Shown one piece after another: positions 1 through 9,003 of a DNA stretch of 64,000 nt. Every line of letters starts with the position of its first letter. The stretch's first letter is position 1. The notes beneath the pieces were generated by a model, which worked only from the letters and a program-made list of their open reading frames with translations, searched no databases and was not told where the DNA came from. The translations under genes and the position numbers were made by a program. This DNA is from an uncultured Actinomycetes bacterium. Its GTDB lineage: Bacteria; Actinomycetota; UBA4738; JBBDTT01. Location: contig CAVUMN010000004.1 of NCBI GenBank assembly GCA_963742735.1, positions 288,001-352,000 on the forward strand, written 5' to 3'.

Positions 1-1
1 C

Positions 2-694
2 GGGACCGAGCACCTACTGCTGGGGCTCCTCGGCGAGACCGAGGGGGTCGCGGCGCAGGTCCTGGAGACGCTGGGGGTGAGCCTGGACCGGGCCCGCGCC
101 GCCGTGCTGGCCAACCTGCTACGCGAGCTGCAGGAGCGGACGGGGCAGGCCTCCGGCGACGCCCCCGAGCCGTGGTCTCACGAGGCGATGCACCACGAGG
201 CCCCGGGCATCGCCGACCAGGAGGGGTTCTCGGCCGAGGGCCGGCACCTGCTCGTCCACGCGCACATCGCCGCCCACCGGCTCGGCCACGAGGGCCTCGC
301 GCCCGAGCACCTGCTGCTGGCGATGTTCGACATCGCCACCGGGCCGGTGCACGAGGCGATGGGCGACTTCGGCGTCTCGCTCGGTGACGTCCGGGAGCGG
401 ATCGTCACCGCCACGACGCCGGGCGAGACGACCGCCGACGCCGAGCGCGTCCTCGAACGGGCGAAGGAGCTCGCAAAGGAGCGGGGGCGCTCGGTGACCG
501 GACCCGGCCACGTGCTGCTGGCCCTCGCGGAGGACCCCGAGGGCCTCCCCGGCCGGGTGCTGGTCGAGCTGGTCGGCAACCCCTCGGCGGTCTCGGTCAT
601 CGCCGGCAACGCGGCCGCCGCCGAGGGCACCGCCGACGGCGACGAGACCGAGCCCGGCACCGGCGAGGACGTCTGGAGCCGCAGCCGCCTGTAG
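2..694 (+). CDS. Clp N-terminal (Clp repeat) domain protein, 5'-truncated by the window edge
   Basis: Frame open from nt 2: GTEHLLLGLL...; three Clp_N-type motifs (GTEHLLLGLL, APEHLLLAM, GPGHVLLAL); no AAA domain before the stop at 694. Confidence 0.75.
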   Translation, partial: GTEHLLLGLLGETEGVAAQVLETLGVSLDRARAAVLANLLRELQERTGQASGDAPEPWSHEAMHHEAPGIADQEGFSAEGRHLLVHAHIAAHRLGHEGLAPEHLLLAMFDIATGPVHEAMGDFGVSLGDVRERIVTATTPGETTADAERVLERAKELAKERGRSVTGPGHVLLALAEDPEGLPGRVLVELVGNPSAVSVIAGNAAAAEGTADGDETEPGTGEDVWSRSRL

Positions 695-697
695 CGG

Positions 698-1924
698 CTA
701 GGGGACCCAGACCAAGGGGCCGCTGGGGACCTCGCGGGCGACGTCCTCGGGAAGCGGGAGCTTGAACGCCCGCTCGCTGCCGATCTCCACCACCCAGACG
801 TCGAGCTCGTGGACGAAGAACGCGACGCGGGCCTGTTCGTCGAACGCCACCTCGTCGATGGACTCGCCCTCGTCGATCGGCATCATCATGAACACCGGCG
901 TGTTCGGCCACGAGACGAACCACAGCCCGTACCGATCTCGGAACCTCCCGAGGGCGGCGTAGTGCTGCCGGTCGAAGGTCCAGCCCACGATCCGCTCCGG
1001 AACGAACCCGGGAAGCTTCCGCGGCGGGGCGGGAGGCTCGAAGAGGGACAGGGAGTCGAAGTTGCGAGCCCGCTGGACCAGGAAGTGGGCGTTCACGCCG
1101 ACCCCCACCGCCCGCCAGCCGTCCAGGACGACCCGAGTGCGGCCCCCGTCGACGGCGATGATCCGCTCCACCGGGTCCGCGAAGTCGTCGAAGGCATCCG
1201 CCGACTGGAGCAGGAACACTCGGCCGCCGGTGAGGGCCAGGCTCAGGTTCGACGGCCCCCCAAGCGTGCCCAGCCGGGTCGACTGCCGCTCGCCCACCAC
1301 GTCGATCACCCACGTTCCGTCCGGCTCCGATCGCAGCACGTGGAGACTGCCGCTGGGGGTGAACGCGAACTCGCCGCCCTGGGCGATCGGCGCCGGAGGC
1401 AGCTCCACGGGCGAGCCGACATCGAGGCCGTACACGAAGCGGCCACCCCCCAGGGCCGGCGGGGCATCCGCGAGGAACGCGAGGATCCCCGCCGATCGTG
1501 ACCGGGCCGGCCCGAGGCCGAACGCCCGGTGCGGGGGCACCCCGGGAGCGGCCGGACGGCCCGAGTCGGTCCCCACCGGGAGCAACAACGGGCCGCGGGT
1601 GACGGCGCCGGTGCCGAGCTGGACGGCCCACAGCGTCTCCCCGGCCAGCTGCCCCGCGGCGGGCTCCTCCTGGACCGTGAACAGGAGCTGGCCGACCGCG
1701 CCCGGGTACAACGGCTGTGTTCGGGCACCGGGATCGAACGGGTCGTCGGAGATCGGCCCCGTGGGCTCCTCGCTCGACACGTTCAGCCAGGTGATCGTGC
1801 CGACGATCGCCACGACGAGCGCCACCACCCACGGCGTCCAGTTCCCGGGCCTCCTGCGTGGCGGGGGCGGCGGCTCGTAGCCGCTCAGGACCTCGACCTC
1901 GCCGGCGGGTGGCTCGTCGCTCAC
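698..1924 (-). CDS. Hypothetical single-pass membrane protein with beta-rich, possibly propeller-like, extracellular domain
   Basis: 408 aa ORF; Pro/Arg-rich N-terminus then TM helix (WVVALVVAIVGTITWL); GTGA overlap with folK stop. Confidence 0.6.
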   Translation of the reverse strand: MSDEPPAGEVEVLSGYEPPPPPRRRPGNWTPWVVALVVAIVGTITWLNVSSEEPTGPISDDPFDPGARTQPLYPGAVGQLLFTVQEEPAAGQLAGETLWAVQLGTGAVTRGPLLLPVGTDSGRPAAPGVPPHRAFGLGPARSRSAGILAFLADAPPALGGGRFVYGLDVGSPVELPPAPIAQGGEFAFTPSGSLHVLRSEPDGTWVIDVVGERQSTRLGTLGGPSNLSLALTGGRVFLLQSADAFDDFADPVERIIAVDGGRTRVVLDGWRAVGVGVNAHFLVQRARNFDSLSLFEPPAPPRKLPGFVPERIVGWTFDRQHYAALGRFRDRYGLWFVSWPNTPVFMMMPIDEGESIDEVAFDEQARVAFFVHELDVWVVEIGSERAFKLPLPEDVAREVPSGPLVWVP

Positions 1925-2427
1925 GACGGGACCTCCAGGGGCGGGGCGAACAGGCGGACCCCGCCCAGCATCCCCGCCTCCACGCGCAGCGACGCGATCT
2001 TCCGTCCGCCCGGCAGCGGCGGGTCGGCGGTCAGCTCGAGCAGCGGGACCAGGACGAAGCCCCGTTCGTGCATCCGGGGGTGCGGGATCTCCAGGCCGTC
2101 CTCGAACACGTCATCGTCGCCGTAGGCCAGGACGTCGATGTCGATGCTCCGCGGGCCCCACCGGATCCCGCGCTGCCGGCCGAGGGTGTCCTCGGTGTCC
2201 AGGCAGGCGTTCAGCAGGTCGCGCGCCGTGAGCATCGTGTCGACCTCCAGGACGGCGTTCAGGAAGTCCGACTGCTCGGGCCCGCCGACCGGGTCGGTCT
2301 CGTAGACCCGGGACGAGCGGACCACGCCGATCCCCGGGATGCGCGCCAGGTTGCGCACCGCCTTGCGGAGGTTCTCCAGGCGGTCACCGACGTTCGAGCC
2401 GAGCCCGAGGTACGCGGTGACGCCCAC
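1921..2427 (-). CDS. folK: 2-amino-4-hydroxy-6-hydroxymethyldihydropteridine diphosphokinase
   Basis: AYLGLGSNVGDR, RWGPRSIDIDVL and IPHPRMHERGFVL motifs; GTG start at 2427. Confidence 0.95.
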   Translation of the reverse strand: MGVTAYLGLGSNVGDRLENLRKAVRNLARIPGIGVVRSSRVYETDPVGGPEQSDFLNAVLEVDTMLTARDLLNACLDTEDTLGRQRGIRWGPRSIDIDVLAYGDDDVFEDGLEIPHPRMHERGFVLVPLLELTADPPLPGGRKIASLRVEAGMLGGVRLFAPPLEVPS

Positions 2428-2435
2428 CGCGCCCG

Positions 2436-2780
2436 CTACCCGACCGTGACCTGGACCGAGACGTCGTCCACGCCCACGATCTCCGCCGCCTTCGGCTTGT
2501 GCACGATCACCGTCGCCCGTTCGACCAGTGGGAGCCCGTAGACGGCCCGCCCCACCTCGTACGCCAGCGTCTCCAGGAGGTCGAACGAGTTCCGGGCCAC
2601 CGCGTCGCGGACCGTCGAGGCGACCACCCCGTAGTCGATGGTCCCCTCCAGGCGGTCCTCGCCGACGTCCACGTCGATCTCGACGTCCACGACGAACGGC
2701 TGGGGCGACGTCTTCTCTCCCGGGTTCGCGCCGTGGCGTCCCTCGGCCGCGATCCCGTCCACGCGGATGACCGCCCTCAC
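2436..2780 (-). CDS. folB: Dihydroneopterin aldolase
   Basis: GRHG..P.E...QPFVVD, TIDY, LLETLA and VHKPKA motifs; GTG at 2780 overlaps the upstream stop. Confidence 0.9.
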   Translation of the reverse strand: MRAVIRVDGIAAEGRHGANPGEKTSPQPFVVDVEIDVDVGEDRLEGTIDYGVVASTVRDAVARNSFDLLETLAYEVGRAVYGLPLVERATVIVHKPKAAEIVGVDDVSVQVTVG

Positions 2781-3262
2781 CCGGCGCCCTCCGCCGCCGC
2801 GCGTTCCGCGTCCCGCTTGGCCCGCGCCTCGGGGATCTTGCGGAAGTCCCACGACATGACCTTGTCGGGATTGAGCGCGTACCACTGCCGGGTCTTCCAC
2901 TGCGCGTAGGGGACGGGGTTGCCGTCCAGGTATTTCGCGGAGATCTTCGCCTCCACGGCTTCCACGATCGGGTCCGTGCGCGGGACGTGCTCGATCCGCC
3001 CGGTGAGGGTGACGCCACGAAGCTCCTCGTAGTGGTCGCCGTCGTCGACGGTCGCCGAGGCCCGGCCGTCGGCCTCGATGTTCTTCACCGCCAGGTTCCC
3101 CAGGGTGGTGTTGAAGAAGACCCGGCCGTCGTGCCAGGCGAAGTAGTACGGGACGTTGTGGAGCCCGCCGGGACCGATGGTCGCGATCCGAACGGTGCGC
3201 TGCTCGGTCAGGTACGCCTCGAGCTCCTCGGGCGTCAGGGCGATGTCGATCTTGAATCCCAT
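2777..3262 (-). CDS. Pyridoxamine 5'-phosphate oxidase-like (split-barrel flavin/F420-binding) protein
   Basis: MGFKIDIALTPEELEAYLTEQRTVRIATIG...HNVP...KNIEADGRAS...YEELRGV...SWDFRK, typical of the actinobacterial PNPOx-like family. Confidence 0.8.
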   Translation of the reverse strand: MGFKIDIALTPEELEAYLTEQRTVRIATIGPGGLHNVPYYFAWHDGRVFFNTTLGNLAVKNIEADGRASATVDDGDHYEELRGVTLTGRIEHVPRTDPIVEAVEAKISAKYLDGNPVPYAQWKTRQWYALNPDKVMSWDFRKIPEARAKRDAERAAAEGAG

Positions 3263-3273
3263 GGGTCCCTCCG

Positions 3274-4179
3274 CTACTCGAAGTACGAGTCGTCCCGCGG
3301 CGGCTCCGGGCGCTTGAACGAGATCTCGACGGGGACGGGGCCGCCGGCCCCCGCGTGATGGTGCGGCTCGTGGAGATAGCGGACGCGCAGCCACTCGTAG
3401 ATCAGGGGGCCGACGGTCTCGGGCGCGTCCTCGAGCAGGTGGTGCGAGCAACCGGGGAGGATGCCCACCGTCGCGCCGGGGACGACGTCGGACCAGCGCT
3501 CGGCCCACGACACCTCCTGGTAGGGGTCGTCCTCCCCCCACAGGACCAGGAGCTGGTCGCCGAGCGCGGCCAGGCGGGCCTCGGTGCCGACCAGGCCCAC
3601 GCCGTCGATGCCGCGGGCCGCCCGGATCAGCGCGGCCGGTCCGTCGGGGGAGGCGAAGGGCTCCGCGAACGCGGAGAGGAGCTCGGGGGTGGCCCGCTCC
3701 TTCCGAGAGATGCCCAGCTCGATCGCCACGTTGATCAGGTTCTCGGCGAACTCCGCGTCGGTCGTCCCGGGGTCGGCCTCCTGGATCATCCGCACGCCCT
3801 CGATCGGCCAGGAGTCGAACTGGATCGAGTCGATGAGCACCAGGTGGGTGGCCCGCCCGTCCAGGGCGAGCAGCTGGGCGACGCCGCCGCCGATGTCGTG
3901 GCCGACCGCCGCCAGCTCCTCCGCTACGCCGAGCGAGTCGAGCAGCTCGCCCACGTACCCGGCCTGCGCCCGGATGTCGAGCGCCGTGCCCTCGCCCTTC
4001 GCGGAGCCGCCGTACCCGAGCAGGTCCGGCACGATCGTCCGGTACTGGCCCGAGAGGAGCCCGGTCAGGTTGCGCCACATGAACGACGAGGTCGGGAAGC
4101 CGTGGACGAGGACCACCGGCTTGCCCTCCCCCTCGTCCAGGAAGGCCATGGGGCCGGCGGAGGTCTCGAAGGTCTTCAC
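3274..4179 (-). CDS. Alpha/beta fold hydrolase (epoxide hydrolase/haloalkane dehalogenase-like)
   Basis: HGFPTSS, PDLLGYG, nucleophile elbow GHDIGG, WGEDD, C-terminal His (CSHH). Confidence 0.85.
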   Translation of the reverse strand: MKTFETSAGPMAFLDEGEGKPVVLVHGFPTSSFMWRNLTGLLSGQYRTIVPDLLGYGGSAKGEGTALDIRAQAGYVGELLDSLGVAEELAAVGHDIGGGVAQLLALDGRATHLVLIDSIQFDSWPIEGVRMIQEADPGTTDAEFAENLINVAIELGISRKERATPELLSAFAEPFASPDGPAALIRAARGIDGVGLVGTEARLAALGDQLLVLWGEDDPYQEVSWAERWSDVVPGATVGILPGCSHHLLEDAPETVGPLIYEWLRVRYLHEPHHHAGAGGPVPVEISFKRPEPPRDDSYFE

Positions 4180-4180
4180 C

Positions 4181-5038
4181 TCAGGCGTTCTCCGGGGCCG
4201 ACCGAATGGCCTCGACGACTCGCACGACCCGGGCCATCTCCTTGACGTCGTGGACGCGAACGACGTGCGCGCCGTGGGCGACGAGCCACGCCACGGCGCC
4301 GGCGGTCCCCTCCAGCCGCTCGTCGACCTCGGTGCCGAGCACCGAGCCGATGAACGACTTCCGTGACGGTCCCACCAGGACCGGGCGGCGAAGGTCGAGG
4401 AAGTCGCCGATCCGGCGCATCAGCACGTAGTTGCCCTCGGGCGACTTGCCGAAGCCGAGCCCGGGGTCGACGGCCAGGCGGTCCCACTCCACGCCGGCCT
4501 CGACGGCGGCGTCGATCCGCGACGCAAGGTGGTCGTGGACCTCGCCGACGACGTCGGCGTAGGCCGTATCCTGCTGCATCGTCTTCGGCTCGCCGCGCAG
4601 GTGCATCAGGCACATCCCGGCGCCGGATTCCGCGACGACGCCGAACATGGCGGGATCGGCCCCGGCGGTGACGTCGTTCACGATGGTCGCGCCGGCCTCG
4701 AGCGCCGGGGCGGCGACCTCGGCCTTGCGCGTGTCGATCGAGATGGGCACGTCCACCTCCGCCCGCAGCCGGCGGATGACGGGGAGCACGCGCTCGCGCT
4801 CCTCCTCCACGGAGACCGGCTCGGACCCGGGGCGCGTGGACTCACCGCCCACGTCCAGGATGTCGGCGCCGTCCAGGGCCATCTGGACGCCGACCTTCAC
4901 GGCCGTTTCGACATCCGTCAACCGGCCGCCGTCGGAGAACGAGTCGGGCGTGACGTTCAGGATCCCCATGAGGTGAGTGCGGGCCCGGCAGTCGAGCACC
5001 GTCGAACCGGCCCGCCAGAGGAAGTCTTCGTGCTCCAC
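4181..5038 (-). CDS. folP: Dihydropteroate synthase
   Basis: MGILNVTPDSFSDGG, GGESTRPG, DPGLGFGK, SRK and VRVHDV motifs; GTG at 5038 chosen because a TACGAT -10 lies 8 nt upstream (longer ORF runs to 5092). Confidence 0.95.
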   Translation of the reverse strand: MEHEDFLWRAGSTVLDCRARTHLMGILNVTPDSFSDGGRLTDVETAVKVGVQMALDGADILDVGGESTRPGSEPVSVEEERERVLPVIRRLRAEVDVPISIDTRKAEVAAPALEAGATIVNDVTAGADPAMFGVVAESGAGMCLMHLRGEPKTMQQDTAYADVVGEVHDHLASRIDAAVEAGVEWDRLAVDPGLGFGKSPEGNYVLMRRIGDFLDLRRPVLVGPSRKSFIGSVLGTEVDERLEGTAGAVAWLVAHGAHVVRVHDVKEMARVVRVVEAIRSAPENA

Positions 5039-5110
5039 CGTGCTTGATCGTAGCGACAATGGACCATGAGCACCGTGCCCGAAATGTGACAAGAAATAGG
5101 GGTTGCTTAC

Positions 5111-5133
5111 CCACCGGTAGGTACCTACGGTGG
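5111..5133. promoter_or_regulatory. Near-perfect palindrome, candidate operator between divergent folP and a small ORF
   Basis: CCACCGGTAGGTACCTACGGTGG with perfect 12-bp core GTAGGTACCTAC. Confidence 0.4.
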
Positions 5134-5186
5134 AGATACGCGGCCGCCCCTAAGTACGGCACGCGCCCGCGAGGAGGGGTAAGAAC

Positions 5187-5396
5187 ATGGGAGCCACCAC
5201 CGACCTCGCACGGTTGCTCGATCGCGTTCAGGACGGCCTGGCAGGCAGGGCGTTCCTGTACGACAACCCGCACGACTACCAGGCGGGCGTCGAGGACGCG
5301 ATCCACGCCCTGACGCACGGCGCCGAGATCCAGATGGACGCCGGCCGTGCTCACGACTCGCTCGAGAGCACGCTGAAGGTCCGGCTGGCCCGCTAG
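5187..5396 (+). CDS. Small hypothetical protein (69 aa)
   Basis: Strong RBS GAGGAGGGGT upstream of the ATG; GC3-biased codons; fills the gap between folP and the sigma gene. Confidence 0.65.
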   Translation: MGATTDLARLLDRVQDGLAGRAFLYDNPHDYQAGVEDAIHALTHGAEIQMDAGRAHDSLESTLKVRLAR

Positions 5397-5431
5397 GGCC
5401 AACTCGGGCACGAACCTCGTCCCGCTTCCCC

Positions 5432-5457
5432 GGAACCTTCCCGTATGCCCCGGCGTC
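5432..5457 (+). promoter_or_regulatory. ECF-type promoter GGAAC-N17-CGTC for sigma 1
   Basis: GGAAC 5432-5436, 17-nt spacer, CGTC 5454-5457, ATG at 5470. Confidence 0.6.
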
Positions 5458-5469
5458 TTCATCCCGGCT

Positions 5470-6003
5470 ATGGGAACTGGGATGATCACCGTCGATGCTC
5501 GAGTGAGCGACACGCCCCAGAAGATCGAGGGCGGGCGCCTTGGGGAGCTGTACGAGCGACACGCTTCCGACGCCGTCCGCCTGGCCTATCTGCTGACCGG
5601 CGATCGTTCGCTGGCGGAGGACCTGGCTCAGGAGGCGTTCGTCCGCATGTACGGACGATTCCGGGACTTGCGCAGCCCGGACGCCTTCCCCTGGTACCTC
5701 CGTCGCACCGTGGTGAACCTCGCCAACTCCCACTTCCGGCACGCGAAGGTCGCACGCACCTATGTCGAGCGCCAGGGACGTCTCCCCGACCAATGGAACC
5801 AGGAGATCGGAGCCCGGCAGGAGATGTGGGAGTCGCTGTCGCGGCTGCCCGAACGGCAGCGCGCGGCGATCGTCCTTCGGTTCTACGAGGACCTGACCGA
5901 GGCCCAGACCGCGGAGGTCCTGGGGTGCCGGCTGGGGACCGTGAAGTCCCTGGTCTCCCGGGGGCTCGATGCCCTTCGGAAGGAGATGTCTCGAGGTGAG
6001 TGA
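5470..6003 (+). CDS. ECF RNA polymerase sigma-70 factor, SigE family (sigma 1)
   Basis: Region 2 AYLLTGDRSLAEDLAQEAF...YLRRTVVN; region 4 LPERQRAAIVLRFYEDL...GTVKSLVSRGL. Confidence 0.93.
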   Translation: MGTGMITVDARVSDTPQKIEGGRLGELYERHASDAVRLAYLLTGDRSLAEDLAQEAFVRMYGRFRDLRSPDAFPWYLRRTVVNLANSHFRHAKVARTYVERQGRLPDQWNQEIGARQEMWESLSRLPERQRAAIVLRFYEDLTEAQTAEVLGCRLGTVKSLVSRGLDALRKEMSRGE

Positions 6004-7372
6004 CGTGGAGAGGGAGCTGAGGGAGATGCTGCGGAACAAGGCCGACGAGGTCCTGATCGACACGGACCTTCCGAAGACGGTGCTGAAGCGTTCCCGCCGC
6101 CGGCGGGCCGCGACGATGGCGCTGGGCAGCGCGCTCGGCGTGCTGGTGGTGGCCGGCGGGTTCTTCGGAGCCCGGGCCATGCTGGCGAACAACGAGACCC
6201 AGCTGGGAGGACCGGCGACGACGGCGCCCCCGGTGGGAGCCTGGCGAGGGCTGTGGCCCCAGGACACCCGGGCGGAGGCCGAGGCGGCGCAGGCGTCGCT
6301 CGATGGAGGGAGCGACGAGTTCTCGTTCCAGGCGGACATCACCACGCTGTTGAAGAGCTTCGGAGGTAACAACCACGCATGGACCGAGACCTTCATCGTC
6401 TCGGAGACGCTGAACACGACCCCCCCGGGGCCCCACACGGTCCACATCTCGAACTGCTCGCTCCAGGGACCGGAATCCGAGGGCGGCAGCTGCGAGAACG
6501 CGTACGTGACGGTCGAGCAGCTGCTTCGAACCGGTGAGGGTCAGCTGTGGTTCGTCACCGCGGACGACGCGTACCCGCCGGGCTCGGATCCGGGGGCGCC
6601 CACGGAAGGAAAGGCCGAGAGCATCGCCGCGCAGGCCTTCATGGACGCGCGGATCGCCGGCTCGGGCGCGGAGAAGTGGCTGACGCAGGACTCGCAGGGC
6701 TGGTACGAGGCCCACGACCAGAGCGGGCTCTACCTGTACGACGGCGACGTGGCCGGCGGCGAGCCGAACGTCAACTACGAGCGCTACGACATCGTGTCGA
6801 TGACACCGCACGAGTCGAGCGATCCGCAGTCGGCGGTCGGGCAGGACGTCCGGGTTCGGATCAGCCACGGGATGTTCGAGGGCAAGACCGTGACCCACGA
6901 CGAGATCCTGTGGATCGCCACGGGCCTCGGCCTGGACAACAAGCACCACATGGTGGTTCGGACGGCCGAGCGGCTGCCGACCGACCCGGGTGAGCCCGTC
7001 TCCTCGTGCCAGGAGGGCAGCCCGACGCCGGTGCAGTCGTGCGCGCGGATGTTCATGCAGGCTCGGCTGGATGGGGCGGGCACGGAGTGGTTCATGACCC
7101 CCGACGCCAAGTCGGTCTACGACGACGACAACGAGCTGCACCTGTACGGCACGCCGTACCACGACTCGGGCAACTTCGAGTTCGAGCGCTACGACATCCT
7201 CGGGGTGCGCAAGGCGGACGCCAACGGCTACGAGGTGGACGTCCGGCTGCACGTGGTCTCCGAGGGCGGGCCGATGACGATCTTCGAGACGCTGTTCATC
7301 GGTCCGGGCCGGAACATGAACGAGCAGCTCCAGGACTTCGTGATCCGGGGCGCCGAGGGACACTACGAGTAA
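5996..7372 (+). CDS. Putative membrane anti-sigma factor with large modular ectodomain (modules A+B+B)
   Basis: GTG overlaps the sigma stop by 8 nt; short cytoplasmic helix, Arg cluster, TM helix, then ~400 aa outside with an internal repeat (AQAFMDARIAGSG / ARMFMQARLDGAG). Confidence 0.7.
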   Translation: MSDVERELREMLRNKADEVLIDTDLPKTVLKRSRRRRAATMALGSALGVLVVAGGFFGARAMLANNETQLGGPATTAPPVGAWRGLWPQDTRAEAEAAQASLDGGSDEFSFQADITTLLKSFGGNNHAWTETFIVSETLNTTPPGPHTVHISNCSLQGPESEGGSCENAYVTVEQLLRTGEGQLWFVTADDAYPPGSDPGAPTEGKAESIAAQAFMDARIAGSGAEKWLTQDSQGWYEAHDQSGLYLYDGDVAGGEPNVNYERYDIVSMTPHESSDPQSAVGQDVRVRISHGMFEGKTVTHDEILWIATGLGLDNKHHMVVRTAERLPTDPGEPVSSCQEGSPTPVQSCARMFMQARLDGAGTEWFMTPDAKSVYDDDNELHLYGTPYHDSGNFEFERYDILGVRKADANGYEVDVRLHVVSEGGPMTIFETLFIGPGRNMNEQLQDFVIRGAEGHYE

Positions 7373-7391
7373 GGGCTGATCAGCACCTCGA

Positions 7392-7435
7392 AAGGGGGTC
7401 CGGCGGGACGTAACCGCCGGGCCCCCTTCGGCGTT
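7392..7435 (+). promoter_or_regulatory. GC-rich hairpin overlapping an ECF promoter TAAC-N17-CGTT (leaderless sigma 2)
   Basis: Stem AAGGGGGTCCGGCGG / CCGCCGGGCCCCCTT; AAC 7412-7414, CGTT 7432-7435, ATG 7445. Confidence 0.55.
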
Positions 7436-7444
7436 TCCTTCACG

Positions 7445-7954
7445 ATGGACGTGATGACGCGACCCGTGCCGATCGACCTGGGGGACGCCGGCTCGTTCGA
7501 GGCGTTCTTCGAGGAGCACTACGAGCGCCTCCTGCGGGCGGTGTACCTGGTCACCGGGGACCGCAGCGAGGCCGAGGACCTGGCGCAGGAGGCGTTCGTG
7601 AAGATCTACGAGCGCTGGGACCGGGTCCGGGGTACGGCGAATCCCGGCGGCTATCTGTACCGGACCGCGATCAACGCCCATCACAGCCGGCTGCGGCGGC
7701 TCGCCGTGGCTGCCCGGAAGTCCTTCCTCCGGCGGGACGCCGATCCGATGGAGGCGAGCGACGACCGCGACGAGATCCGCCGGGCGCTGGCCTCGCTGCC
7801 GAGTGGGCAGCGGGAGGCCCTTGTGCTCGTGGAGTGGCTGGGGATGACCGACGCCGAGGCCGGCGAGGCCCTCGGGGTCGCGCCGGTGACCGTCCGGGTC
7901 CGGATCAGCCGGGCCCGCCAGGCCCTGCAGAAGCGGGTGAGGATCGATGACTGA
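7445..7954 (+). CDS. ECF RNA polymerase sigma factor (sigma 2)
   Basis: FEAFFEEHYERLLRAVYLVTGDRSEAEDLAQEAF...WDRV...PGGYLYR; region 4 LPSGQREALVL...TVRVRISRAR. Confidence 0.92.
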   Translation: MDVMTRPVPIDLGDAGSFEAFFEEHYERLLRAVYLVTGDRSEAEDLAQEAFVKIYERWDRVRGTANPGGYLYRTAINAHHSRLRRLAVAARKSFLRRDADPMEASDDRDEIRRALASLPSGQREALVLVEWLGMTDAEAGEALGVAPVTVRVRISRARQALQKRVRIDD

Positions 7955-8996
7955 GCTGAAGGATCTGCTGGAACGAGAGGCGCGGAGCGTCTCGGTGAAG
8001 CCGGACGCGCTGCAGCGCGTGCACCGCCGTGCCGAGCGCCGCCACCGGACGCGGCAGGTCGTGGCCGGCGTCACCGCCCTGGCCCTCGTCGCGGGCGTCG
8101 GCCTGGGAGCGTGGACGGTCCTGCGCGACCGGAACGGCGGCTCGTTCGATCCCGCGAGCCCCTCCGTGGGCGCCGAGAAGTGGCCGGCCGCCGCCTGGCC
8201 GCACGAGACGCGTCAGGAGGCGGAGACCGCCCAGACTGAGGCGGACGCGAACAACGCTGATTTCACCTGGCAGACCGATGCCGAGGAGGTCGTCACACGG
8301 TACGGCCTCCAGGTGCTCGGCTGGGCCGAGGTGGGATTCGACGACAGCCTCGACGGCCCGGGAGATTCCAACTCGGTCACGCTGTGGGCGGCATCGTGCC
8401 TCCTCTACTCGGGTGGGATCGAGCCCTGCGAGGGCATGGGAACCGACCACGGCGACGAGGAGGCCCTGATCACCCTCGAGCGCCTGGTGACCCAGGGCTC
8501 CCGCGGCGTCTGGACGGTCACCGCCGTCGGTGGCCCGAACAACCTGGCCTACTTCGCGAACTTCAGGTACGGGCGGCTGCCCACCGGCTACAACGAGAAC
8601 GCCTGTCCCGCGAGCGTCGCGCTCGCGGACCAATCGGCGGCCGAGGAGGCCACGGCGCTATGGATGGTCGACGCGAACGTGGGGGCCGGCAAGCCGGAGA
8701 ACGTCTGGAAGCTGTTGGACCCGGCCTCGCATCCCGGCCAGGGCGACCCGGACCTCTTCGCGTATCACTTCCGCAACACGTCGGTCACCAGCGAGTACGC
8801 CGACTGGGAGATCCAGTACGCGGGCCCGGACTTCCCCGACGACATGGGCTTCGCCGACAGGTGCGGCCAGCAGGTGCGAGAGTCGCTAACGGGGGTTCTG
8901 GTCCACTTCCCGAACGTCGACGAGGGCGGCGAGTCGACGGCGGTGCTCGTCTGGGTGACTCATCCCGAGGGCGTCCGCCTCTGGTACGTGCGGTAA
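7947..8996 (+). CDS. Putative membrane anti-sigma factor (module A plus unique C-terminal domain)
   Basis: ATGACTGA 8-nt overlap with sigma 2; MTELKDLLER...RRAERRHR, TM helix, then ectodomain. Confidence 0.7.
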   Translation: MTELKDLLEREARSVSVKPDALQRVHRRAERRHRTRQVVAGVTALALVAGVGLGAWTVLRDRNGGSFDPASPSVGAEKWPAAAWPHETRQEAETAQTEADANNADFTWQTDAEEVVTRYGLQVLGWAEVGFDDSLDGPGDSNSVTLWAASCLLYSGGIEPCEGMGTDHGDEEALITLERLVTQGSRGVWTVTAVGGPNNLAYFANFRYGRLPTGYNENACPASVALADQSAAEEATALWMVDANVGAGKPENVWKLLDPASHPGQGDPDLFAYHFRNTSVTSEYADWEIQYAGPDFPDDMGFADRCGQQVRESLTGVLVHFPNVDEGGESTAVLVWVTHPEGVRLWYVR

Positions 8997-9003
8997 CGCT
9001 GGG

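Noticed and set aside
2-694. Calling this clpC
   Set aside because: Only Clp N-terminal repeats are visible, and the frame stops without an AAA+ module.
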